From: Mytilus californianus
Taxonomy: Eukaryota
Length of the DNA stretch: 64,000 nt
NCBI RefSeq assembly: GCF_021869535.1
Contig: NW_026262604.1
Coordinates: forward strand, 1,488,001-1,552,000
Direction: 5' to 3'
Shown: positions 14,083 to 25,608 of the stretch, one piece after another
Position numbering within the stretch: the stretch's first letter is position 1
Layout: the number at the start of each line of letters is the position of its first letter
Notes under the pieces: model-generated
What the model was told of the DNA's origin: nothing
The model's input: only the letters and a program-made list of their open reading frames with translations
The model's database searches: none
Program-made: the position numbers and the translations under genes

Positions 14083-15299
14083 CTTTAATTAAGATATCCG
14101 ATTGTAGTACTAATTTATCGTATGATATGTAGAAAATTACGTCCGATCGGAACAAATCTTAGCTCAAGTACTAGTAGTTTCATGCATATCAGCCCTGATG
14201 CCTAATGGTGTCAGGGACTAAAACGAGAGGATTTGTTTTTTTTATATCAAAGAAAGCCTCTTATGATCGGATTAGGTCTTTCATACGATATGAAACAAAC
14301 GAGCATCGTTCGTTAAAGGATCTCTCATGCTTTATTACTTTCTGCAAAATTTGGTTCACATTCGCTGTGTAAATCGGCCTATTATCAGATTTGGGTTACT
14401 GGGTTGTATGGTCTGTTGTTTGACTGTTATAGTTGGACTTTACCAACAGCACACCTTACGGACTTAGGGGGATGAGTAAGGGCCTGAAAACAGTTATAAC
14501 AAACACAGTGAAGTAGGTTTTAGAACTTGTATCTTCAAAAGCGCATGAGAAAGTCATGTATAATTAATAACAATATAATAGTATATAATGCAAATAATAG
14601 AAACATCTAATTCATATAATTTTACAATATAATTGATCAATTAATATCTTTGGTACACACACTTTACGTTAATGCATGAGCATATGCATTTTAACTGACG
14701 AACACGGATGCTTATAATATTTCTTATAAATAAAAGCTTATTTAGCATTCAAATATATGAGCAAGATGCGGACTAAATCTTAAATGTATGAGCATAATGC
14801 AAGACCTAATATTTGAACCTAACGGAGCATAAAGAATGTGCTGAACAGCATAAAGTATTGAATGCATAATATCTAAACAATGGACATGAATAAACATGTT
14901 GAATTCTTTTATCTTTCGAATTATAAACATGGTAGAGCAAATATTGCGCTTGTAAAAACTTAAACTATATAAAACCTATAATCAATTCCGACAATGAGCA
15001 TTGGTTGAGAAATATTCGAAATCGAGACAAACTTATCATTACGAAACTAATCGTGAATATTCAAATAATATAAATATTAAACAATATAATATGAAATGGG
15101 GAAACTAGCTTTTTAAATATATATGCTTGCTTTGTATAAAAAATTCATAACTCGTAATAATATAGGACTAAACGACAAGAATAGTTTACGATAAATAATT
15201 ACTTATTAAATTAACCTTCACATGTGAAAATTACGCATAACGCGTTTATTACATAATCAACATCTTATCCTTGCGGAACTGACCTTAATTCTTATTAAG

Positions 15300-17556
15300 C
15301 AGAGGCGGATCCAGGGGGTGGTCACCCGGTGCCGGTGACCACCCCCTGGGTTTGCAAAAATGGTGCACCATGTACCCAAAAATTGTGAACCTTGAACATT
15401 TTGAAAAACAAATTCTTTGATTAAATCAATTTTTCTATCGTAATCACCAGTCATAAAGTTGTCATTACTTACCTTAAGACGAAATACATGTACCTTGACA
15501 TGTATGTTTACACAATGAACATGTCATCAACGATCGCTAATTACTTGGTCGATTTCTTCGATGTTAAGGTGTAAAAATGAAGAGACAGTCCTCAATCTTA
15601 GATGTTTTTAGCAGGTAATTCATACTTTTTACATTACGTTTATCTAAATTTTTAAAGTTTGTATAATAACTTTTCTCGACCAATAATGTTTTTTTACTGT
15701 GGTGCCAAAATTCAAATATAATTTTAAAGTTTTTAAGTCACATAAATATTCTATATTGAATACCCCCGTTTCTATCATCTGTTTGTCTAAAAGTTCCGAT
15801 CATTCCAATTTTTTAGTAACTTATACCCTCTTTCCTTCAGGAAACGCCACAAATCAGCCCCTCTGAAGTACCAACGACTTGTAATGGACCTAGCATTGAT
15901 ACGAACAAAAGTGATCAGATTAAATAAACAACCCCCGACTTACATATAAGTACAAACGACATTGGTTTTGTAAAGCAATCAACACGTATATTAACAAACG
16001 AAGAGAAATTTAATTTGATAAGAAATCATTTCAAACCCGGAATACACTATAGGGGGCCAGCTGAAGGACGCCTCCGGGTGCGGGAGTTTCTCGCTGCATT
16101 GAAGACCCATTGGTGGCCTTCGGCTGTTGTCTGCTCTATGGTCGGGTTGTTGTCTCTTTGACACATTCCCCATTTCCATTCTCAATTTTATAACTTTCAC
16201 ATAAAAATATATGCAGGAAAGAACAGACTGTTTCAGCTGAATTGACTGAATCGCTATGATCGGCTAGTGTACTCAGCTTCAAAAGAAGGAGCTTACTGCA
16301 TATACTATGCTCTGTTTGGGGTTGATAATTTGGGGACATTATCATGAAAATTCAAACCTGGAATACACTATAGGGGGCCAGCTGAAGGACGCCTCCGGGT
16401 GCGGGAGTTTCTCGCTGCATTGAAGACCCATTGGTGGCCTTCGGCTGTTGTCTGCTCAATGGTCGGGTTGTTGTCTCTTTGACACATTCCCCATTTCCAT
16501 TCTCAATTTTATAACTTTCACATAAAAATATATGCAGGAAAGAACAGACTGTTTCAGCTGAATTGACTGAATCGCTATGATGGGCTAGTGTACTCAGCTT
16601 CAAAAGAAGGAGCTTACTGCATATACTATGCTCTGTTAGGGGTTGATAATTTGGGGACATTATCATGCAAACAACTAACAGATATGGCACATGCAAGTAC
16701 AAGACTTAACGATCATTTCGGCCGTGATGAAAAATCATGTAAAAAAAGTAATACTGAAGCTAGAGCAAAAGCTCAACTTTTTCTTGACAACATTGAGCAA
16801 AGGACTACTGATATGCAAACATTTATTGATAGAGTAATGAATGAACGTATAAAAGCAAACAGAACTGTTTTGAAATCTATATGTAAGTGTGTTTTGCTTT
16901 GTGGCAAGCACAATCTTCCATTAAGGGGCCATAGGGATGATGCAAAACATGTTTCGGACAGAAGTTTCAATTCCGGGAATTTTCAAGCACTGATTGACTT
17001 CCGTGTAGAGTCTGGGGACTCTGTTCATAGAACCTTAAACCGTTTCTTGATTTTTATAACTCTGACTTGCCTAGTCCATGTAGAATTTCTTCGGAAGTAG
17101 ATAGGTGGTTGCATTTCTGGAAACATACCAAAGATACATTGCCAAAGTCAGCTGCTGAAACCATTATGAAATGCAACAAACTTGATTATCCGAACATTTA
17201 TGCTATTCTCAAAATTGTTTGCACAATGAGTGTAACAAGTTGTGAATGTGAGCGTTCGAATAGTGAGCTCGGGTTACTAAAAACATTTTTACGTGCAACA
17301 ATGGGCCAGGATCGACTAAATAGACTTGCACTGATGCACGTGCATTTCAATTTAGATTTAGGATTTGATGTGATCGTTGACATGTTTGCACGCAGACATC
17401 CAAGAAAAATGAAATTAGAATCAATTTTATAAATCATGTGTAACTTGTGTATTCTATAGTTGTAACTATTTTCATGATATCAATAAAAAAAATTGAATTT
17501 TAATTTAAGATTTCAAAAGGTGATCACCCCCTGACAAATTCCTGGATCCGCCCCTG
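15300..17556 (+). mobile_element. Internally deleted hAT (Tip100/Zaphod-like) DNA transposon
   Basis: TIR CAGAGGCGGATCCAGG / CCTGGATCCGCCCCTG. Transposase pieces: TTF-type finger (LVYSASKEGAYC), LPLRGHRDD...NSGNFQALIDFRVESGD, and the dimerisation domain YPNIYAILKI...CECERSNS...TMGQDRLNRLALMHVH. Middle of the transposase is missing. Confidence 0.9.
16030..16675. repeat. Tandem duplication (~320 bp x2) inside the hAT, each copy carrying a short interspersed-repeat insertion
   Basis: 16031-16350 is nearly identical to 16352-16670. The inserted ggggccagctgaaggacgcc...ccattctcaatttta is the inverse of 34296-34435. Confidence 0.85.
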
Positions 17557-20500
17557 TTAAGTATGAACAAGCGATAAGTTAAATTATCCTTTCCAACATG
17601 CGAGCGTAAAACTAAATTTTATAACGCGTTTAAAAATACCCTTGAGTACAGAAAGTTTGTGTAGAATAAACCAACCTTTTTTTTTAACATATATACATCT
17701 ATTTACACTGATCGAGAAACAACAATTTGATCTTAACTTCTTTACTTGCAGAACTCATAGATATTTAATTTCAACTTACTAAATGAAATGGAAACGAAAC
17801 TTTACGAAGTTTCATGATTCAATTGAATAAAATAATGAAAGAAACATATTAACTTTGAATAATTAAAATACTTGACTCACCTGAAAACGGTTATAACAAA
17901 CACAGTGAAGTAGGTTTTAGAACTTGTATCTTCAAAAGCGAATGAGAAAGTGCCACTTTTGAGACCGAAATTCACTTGTTCGATTTTGCGTTACTGTTTC
18001 AGGTTCGACCAATCAGATTCGTTAAACACCTGAGCCACTTAGTTACCCTGATAATTTGGGGTAAAAAGGGGCGTGGAAATACCTTTGCTGGACAGGACAA
18101 AGAACCCTAATTGACCAGGTTACCTAGACATATGTTGTTTACACAACAACTTGTTTGTGTTTAAAGGACAATAGACTTAGTAAAAAACATGTCTAATTGT
18201 GTCCACTTAGCTTCTCGCTAAACGGTTACATCCTGGTTTGCCCACTTTTAATTACCCCAATTATCAAATGGTTATATAAACAAAAAAGACAAAAGGTTTA
18301 TTGATTGGAAAATTGTATAGTCTGTTCCAGTTGTGTTGCTATTTAATATATAGATATAAGAATATAGATACATATATCTCTGTAAAAATTTATTGGATAA
18401 GTTCGTTTGCAATTGATGCATATTAAAATGTATTTTTTTCTTCCTATATTTGGTTGTGAAATTTTCATTGAATTGATTCTTTGAAGGAGATAACTGATGA
18501 AAATAAATAATAAATTGATTTTAATATATTTTTCAATAGCACTGAAACAACTAACATTGGCAATATTACATAAATATCATTAGCACTGAAATTTATCATT
18601 AATAATGCATTGAATGTAGTATGAATTCTATCGCCATCTTGGATAGTAAAATAGCAGAGAACAATAGGCATCATGATAGGTCCATATTTTTAATCAAGTC
18701 AGCAAAATGTAATGCAGGGATGCAATTAACTAATGCGATTTTTCATTTTAATGAACAAATTTATAAGATTTTAACTTATACATTGTGTAAATACTAATAT
18801 TTTTACAAACGTAGATTATTTTTGCTTGATTTTCAAAGTTTTTAAATTGGCATATTAAGGGTGGTAACTCTGGAAATAGTACATTTTCTAAAAGAATCTA
18901 CATGAAATTTTGCTATTTTATGTTTTAGCAAGAACAAACGAATGGTGACACTATCTTTTCTTTTGATATTCTGAAAGCATTTTCTAAAAGCTATCTTCTC
19001 GTATTTTATTTTACAATTCTATCATTAAGTTTATCTTCTACTCACATAATGATGCTTTTTCCTGTATAATCCATACACAATGTGTCATTTTGTCACAACC
19101 TGTAGCTTGAGAAAAAGGCATCATCTGTGTCTCATGAACACATTCCCCGTTTATTTTATTTAGCATGAAAAAGTTATAGATATCCTTTTTCTCAAATTTT
19201 AAATATTTATTTCACTCTAACCTAAACAAATTTGTTTTCATAAATTAAGATAAAGATGAATAGATAGAAATCTGAACACAATTATTGTCCTTTGTTAGTT
19301 TATAAATATTTTTTTTTTTTTATTTTATTTTATAATCCCATTTAAAATTGGTATGACATGTATCTCTTTTTTAATGTACTTATAGTTTTTATTATAATAT
19401 TTTGTCCTTTTTAAATCTCAATATTAATAATCTTATAAAATTTATCTCTTTTCTAATTATATTCATAGTTTTTGTTTTAATATTTTCCCTTTTTAAGTCT
19501 CACTATTGAATCAATTTTCAATCAAAAATATGTATTCTTTATAAGATTTTACAGGTGAATTACAGGTAAATAATATGCCTTAATTAAAGAAACAGACTTT
19601 AACTGTTAAAACAACAATTCCCCCTATGTTTATATATGCAAGTGATTAAAAGTGGGCAAACTAGGATGACACCCGCTAAACATCTTAAATTGATAAAAAT
19701 AATGCCAACAAAGAGAAAATCTAAAGTGACAAATGCCAAAGTAAATATCTGTTAAATTTGAACTTCTTATCTTAAATATATCGAAAATATAAAAATGATT
19801 TCCTTCAACAATAATGAACGAATATAAAACAAAAATACGTTTAATCAATACTGCAGCTTCGAAATGGACTTTAGATAAATAAAATATCTTAAACTTATTC
19901 CTTTTTGCTGAAAACTAAATTTTCACAAAAATATAAAATGAGGTCTAAAATGACTCCATGACACTATCATAATATTTTTTAAAATGCGTCTGTTACCGTG
20001 GTTCTGTGTTTAAAATCGAAAATACACTAATCTGCTTTTGAACTTAGAATGGCACTTAATGAATGTTATGAACATATTGCCAAATTTTTTTATTCCCCCC
20101 CCAAAAAAAAACTGTCGCAGGGGCCAAAAAATTTCATGATTTTGTCTCTCTGCACGGTTATATAAAAAATGTTCCTTGTTCAATTTTAAGGATGCTTTGT
20201 GCTTTTTGAATCATTCGGTCCATTCTATAATTTGAGGTAAAACACGTATACATTAAACTTTTATGTCCATATGACAAAATCAAAAGTTCAACACATCAAA
20301 CGAATGGATAAGAACTGTTATATTCCTGACTTGGTACAGACATTTTCTTATGTAGAAAATGGTGGATTAAACCTGGTTTTTATAGAGAAATTCGATCAGC
20401 TGACCATTATAAAAATATGTATCAATGCTTACTCTAGCGCACACAGCAGCACAGGTGTTTTTTCCGCTACGACATCAAAAAAACCTCTTTGAAGTCTGCT

Positions 20501-20624
20501 GAAAAGGAACCCCGCACAAAGACAAGTTATAAAAGACATTAGTATTATTCACTGCAATTCCTGTCTGAAAAAGAAAACAAACAGACTCACCTTAATTTCT
20601 TTTCAACCCCCCCCCCCCTTTTGA

Positions 20625-21245
20625 TTCTACCTGATTGTCAGCTTTACGTAGCCGGAACGTTTAGAAATCATGAAATTGTCAAAGTCGTTTCCGACACAAT
20701 TGTTAATGACTCTGATACGGATGTGATTGTTCTGTGTGTACATTACTATACAAACAAATGACACATACAAACGAGTTGTGGGTGCAGACGGGGAACATTA
20801 ACAGTGTAACATGTGTATAGGACTGGAAAAAAATTCATTTGCCTATTTACCAACTATGGAGGGACCTGATGGGGGGGGGGGGGGGGGGGGGGTCTCATCA
20901 ATAAATTTCCATGATCACGGATAACGATAATATAAAAAAAAAAATCTGTAAAAAAACGGATCACGATAGCGAAAATGCGCCGATCACGAAGAACGAAAAT
21001 AACCCACTAGGCCCCTCACTATGAAGTTGCCATTCCAAACTATTTGTAAACAGTTGCCTTTTGTACAAGCTCTTACCGTATGAGACACAACTTATTCTCT
21101 GTTTGGAGTAGTAGGTAAGAAATCAGTCTAAAGGACTTTGAATGATACGCACTATGATTTCAGTGGTTTTCGGGACTTCCGACAAAGACGAAGCCCGTGT
21201 ATGTGTACGAAAGTTAATTTCAAAGCTTTATGATCAGATACAAAA
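20625..21245 (+). pseudogene. Degenerate XPG/PIN-like nuclease fragment typical of Academ-type DNA transposons, split by a poly-G MITE (~20850-21020)
   Basis: LPDCQLYVAGTF...DSDTDVIVLCVHYY...ELWVQTG, then remnants of CKQLP...VQAL...LFGV.GKKSV...ARVCVRKLISKLYDQ. Multiple frameshifts. The Academ assignment is from memory of the family. Confidence 0.5.
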
Positions 21246-21959
21246 ATATTTCACCGTGATATGAATAAAAAATGAAATTCCCAATCATATTCATTGACAG
21301 ATGAACCAGAATAAAGTCCTTGCTGAATTCTGTTGTTTGGACCTCTTTAATGGTATTGGCTTTATTGTAATTGTTTGCGAGGTATTTATTGGTTTTTATA
21401 TATCACGTTCAAGGTAGTAGACTTCAAGTAAAAACAATATTTGTCATTCTTTCCAGAGTTTGAATGTCACCAGGCAAGGTGACTATTGTAATATTAATAG
21501 AATATGTGTTGATCTTGGATTATGGAACAAGTGTTTGAAAACCGTCAATATTCATATCAATGACAATTTGAAAGTTTATTTTTACATTTTCGAGATAACT
21601 CATTGTTAATTGATTTTAAAAGCTGTCTGTATCTGAAATTTAACATAAATTGCTACATTTATCGTTACATTTAGAAAAAAATATAGAAGAACAAAATTTA
21701 CATATTATTTGATCTTTGACATAATTTTATGCAAAACTGTTACCACATTTCTTTTTGACGATATTGATATTTGGAAAGTAATTATTTTGACGAATCCAAT
21801 AATATATAATATAGCCATATATTATGTTTGACAAATAAATTCTGAAAATATCAAGTCTGGTCACCGTACTATCAATTTAGTCTACTGAATCGACGTTAAC
21901 CGACACACCACCTGTCCCATCAATCCAAACGGAAAAGAAAAAAAAAACGGTCGTACGTA

Positions 21960-22395
21960 AATTTCAGGATAGTTGGATCAAAGAATTTTCTTGGTTGCAA
22001 TATGATCAAAATAAGGCAGTAAAGACTTGTAGGTTTTGCCAAACACTACCAAATATTGCTGGTTCAACTTCAACACAGAGATAAGGAAGGATCCGGAACC
22101 TGAACTACACCCACTGGCCCTCAGATGATGAAATTGAGGAATCAGAATGAACAACTTAAACTCACCTGTTTAATAAAATTAATATAATGTTGAATATAAA
22201 ATTTATGTTACAGTTGATTTATACAAACTATTTTCTACACTCGACAGCATAAAAGCACAGAACAAAAACTTGAACACTTTTATTTCACAAGGGTTGTTTA
22301 GCTGGAAAAAATGTAGACAACCTGAAATTATTTCCTGGCCTCTGAAATTTTGATTTGGCCACTAAATTTTCATGTCTGGTGGTCAGTTGGCAACT
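21960..22395 (+). pseudogene. hAT transposase N-terminal zinc-finger remnant
   Basis: SWIKEFSWLQYDQNKAVKTCRFCQTLPNIAGST, followed by ggccactaaatttt-type subterminal sequence. Confidence 0.45.
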
Positions 22396-22478
22396 CTATT
22401 TTAGAAGCTACTTTTAAGGATACTATTAGTCATGCTCTTCATTGTGACGACAAATAAAGATTGTAAAGTTAAGATAAC

Positions 22479-23210
22479 TGTCAGAATTAGAGTTTCTGTA
22501 TCTTTGGGATCTACGGTCCTCCAACCAGTTTTCAGAATTAGAGTTTCTGTATCTTTGGGATCTACGGTCCTCCAACCTGTTTTCAGAATTAGAGTTTCTG
22601 TATCTTTGGGATCTACGGTCCTCCAACCAGTTGTCAGAATTAGAGTTTCTGTATCTTTGGGATCTACGGTCCTCCAACCAGTTGTCAGAATTAGAGTTTC
22701 TGTATCTTTGGGATCTACGGTCCTCCAACCAGTTGTCAGAATTAGAGTTTCTGTATCTTTGGGATCTACGGTCCTCCAACCAGTTTTCAGAATTAGAGTT
22801 TCTGTATCTTTGGGATCTACGGTCCTCCAACCTGTTTTCAGAATTAGAGTTTCTGTATCTTTGGGATCTACGGTCCTCCAACCTGTTTTCAGAATTAGAG
22901 TTTCTGTATCTTTGGGATCTACGGTCCTCCAACCAGTTGTCAGAATTAGAGTTTCTGTATCTTTGGGATCTACGGTCCTCCAACCAGTTGTCAGAATTAG
23001 AGTTTCTGTATCTTTGGGATCTACGGTCCTCCAACCAGTTTTCAGAATTAGAGTTTCTGTATCTTTGGGATCTACGGTCCTCCAACCTGTTTTCAGAATT
23101 AGAGTTTCTGTATCTTTGGGATCTACGGTCCTCCAACCTGTTTTCAGAATTAGAGTTTCTGTATCTTTGGGATCTACGGTCCTCCAACCAGTTGTCAGAA
23201 TTAGAGTTTC
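22479..23210 (-). repeat. Tandem array of 14 x 51-bp units made of the LTR U5 end + PBS + leader
   Basis: Unit AGAAACTCTAATTCTGA(C/A)AAC(T/A)GGTTGGAGGACCGTAGATCCCAAAGATAC matches 23686-23732. The array ends exactly at TGACA (22479). Confidence 0.92.
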
Positions 23211-23269
23211 GGTGTATTTGCTTGGAATTGGTCTTATACCAATGGGATCTATACCTTGACGACTTGTGA

Positions 23270-23645
23270 TGTCTTTAATCGATGTTAACGATACTTTATA
23301 CTTATTGTCCAAGACATTAAACCATTCCCTGGCTATGCCTGTCAGGTGGAACGGGAGAATCAAGATGGCTGACACCTCAGGCATGCCCTGTAATGTTACA
23401 AATGCCATAAACATGGCCCAGAATTCTGTGGCATTGCCCCTACCACTAAACGACTCGAAATTCACATGGTATCTGTGACCATGGTTACTAGCAAAACCTG
23501 GTGGTGGTGGTATTATGTGTGGCCCAGTGTTCACAGTGTTAGATGAGGAACCTGCTGTGGCTGTTGGTAATGGGGCTGTGTTGACTATCTCTTCCGGTTG
23601 TTCATTGTCTGTGGCATTAGTGGTAGCATTATTTGGTGCAGGCAT
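23270..23645 (-). pseudogene. gag: Ty3/Gypsy gag N-terminal fragment
   Basis: MPAPNN...FESFSGRGNATEFWAMFMAFVTLQG...ILPFHLTGIAREWFNVL...SLTSIKD is a capsid-like motif. It begins ~70 nt after the LTR end/PBS and is truncated by a jump back into U5. Confidence 0.8.
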
Positions 23646-23713
23646 ATTGATGTTCTTTGATCTCAACCAGTACATACGTTAATTCTTTGGGATCTTTCAG
23701 TCCTCCAACCAGT

Positions 23714-25608
23714 TGTCAGAATTAGAGTTTCTGTGTGTTTGCTTGGAATTGGTCTTATACCAATGGGATCTATACCTTGACGACTTGTGATGTCTGGAGC
23801 CAAGGCCTGAAACAATATTCAATAAAACTTGAAATAGTTTTATGTCTTTATTTCCAAAGAGCGCATGTAAAAGTCTAATTATAATAGCAGTTATAATATA
23901 AAATGACAAACAATATTCATAAGTATAAATCAATATAATAATGCAAGTATAATTCCATTAGATAATGCAATAGACCTATCATAATTAAATATTTCATAAA
24001 TATTCTGAAACATGAACATAATGTGTATCGCAATACTTAATGTATGAGCAACATCTCATTTCTTTTGCATAAATATTCTAAACATTCAAATATAAACATG
24101 GTAGAGCATTTTTAAGGTATTTGGTTAAACTTTATTCTAAACACTGAGAATTAAATAAAGGAATAATATAAACGTCTTTCTTATGAAACTCCAATTCAAA
24201 CAATGAGGTTACTTATCTAACCATATCTCCGTTAAGGGGGAATAACTCTTTTTTTAATCTGTTAAGGAGGAATAACTCTTTTTTAATCTGTTAAGGGGTA
24301 ATAACTCTTTACACAATAAAAAAAAGGGGGGGGGGGGCAATTGTAGAATAGAAACTTTTCTATCATGAAATCTTGTTACGCAATGAAATATATATAATAC
24401 TTTGTTGTGGGGAACTAGCTATAGAATATGTCTTACATGTATACTTGCTAAAAATAAGTTTACGCAATAACGTGCTATTTATAGAAAAATAACAAACCAT
24501 GCGTTTGCTGACAATAACATGTCAAATAAACTGCACATCAAGAAATCATGCCTAAAAGGCTTTCGAATTATAAAACCTTACCATTGAAAACATTATAACT
24601 TCAATGCAATAGTGAATTTAAGGTGAATTATTATTTCTTATTTCTTGTCAGTGCGACAAAACAGGCGGATGTTATAAATAACTATAAAAACATAAAATAA
24701 GTATACCATTTTCCGATCAGAACCAAAAACTTTTCTTTAAAAAACACATTATTTACAACTATTTACAATTATAGCATAAAGAAAATATCTTGATAATTAA
24801 CTTCTTTATAAAGATAATAAAAGATGAAAACTCTTATTAAATAAAATAACTATGAAAGTGCTGAAGATTTTACAAAAGGAAAATAAACCTATTTCTATTC
24901 AAAAAGAATAAAGCATTAGCAAATTAATAATTTTATCAGAAGTTACTTTTAGGTTATGAAAACCTTTAAACAAAATGCTTAAGATTATATTTAACAAAAT
25001 AAAATTAACTTTGCTTACCTGAAACAATATTCAATAAAACTTGAAATAGTTTTATGTCTTTATTTCCAAAGAGCGCATGTAAAAGTGGCGCTTTTTGGAA
25101 ATAACTTTTTAGATTCGAATTTGTGGACTGTTTCAGGTTTGTCCAATCAAAATTAACATTTAATCAAAAACCATGACAACTTTAGTCTAATTGACAGAAA
25201 ATGGGTAGGGTCATAAGTGACGCTTAAGACTAAAAAATATCTTAATTACTTATGTAATCCCGCTATCAATGTTTACTCTATACCCTATTTGAGCCGGATA
25301 TTAACAATAGAAACAATCCGAAAAAAACCTTATTACATGTCGGCTTCACTTTAAAAATCATATCTGTCAACACATTCTGACCATTGTCCGATATCTTCTT
25401 ACGTAATCTATATACAACACAATAAGGCTTACTAAAAGGAAATATGTTTGTGTGAAAATCAAAACTAAAGCTATTAAAATGTCTGTCCAGAATTGAAATA
25501 AAATGTTTAACTAAAATAATTTGCTTTAAACTTAGAACTTTTCCAATTTTTACTGAAATTAAGAATTTCACAAAAATAATAAAATCTGTTCAAAATGATA
25601 CCATGACA
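23714..25608 (-). mobile_element. Long terminal repeat (LTR1, 1895 bp) of the env-bearing Gypsy element
   Basis: Termini TGTCA...TGACA. Preceded by a PPT (AAGTAAGGGGGAG, ~25610-25622) and followed by AC-TGGTTGGAGG (PBS-like) and gag. Confidence 0.85.
25080..25155 (-). promoter_or_regulatory. Putative LTR core promoter (ATTGG/CCAAT box, conserved AACCTGAAACAGT, Inr-like CCACTTT with +1 at 25086)
   Basis: The same motif order and spacing occur at 17945-18015 in the divergent LTR. The TSS is inferred, not observed. Confidence 0.55.

Larger units (their letters stand above)
14368..18230 (-). mobile_element. Divergent LTR (solo or remnant) related to the LTR at 23714-25608, interrupted by a hAT element
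   Basis: Candidate termini TGTAA (18230) ... TTACA (14368). Shares blocks with LTR1: TATAAACATGGTAGAGCA, ACTAGCT, AACCTGAAACAGT, ATTGG box. Has the same direct-repeat/intron layout. No clean TSD found, so boundaries are tentative. Confidence 0.65.

Noticed and set aside
18240-20250. AT-rich stretch next to the divergent LTR, possible internal region of its element
   Set aside because: No gag, pol or env motif could be read in any frame.
20868-20892. Poly-G tracts here, at ~24326-24337 and at ~31570-31600 (G-quadruplex potential)
   Set aside because: Simple G-runs inside repeats or mobile elements; length is error-prone and there is no evidence of function.
21855-21870. Possible Academ-type terminus (...GGTCACCGTACTA)
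   Set aside because: No matching inverted left end was found in the window.
22401-23269. Long ORFs in several frames (253-424 aa) and a CRISPR-like regular look
   Set aside because: The 51-bp unit is a multiple of 3 and stop-free in several frames. There are no unique spacers and no cas genes, and the unit derives from the LTR/PBS. Only the gag part (23645-23270) is a real coding remnant.
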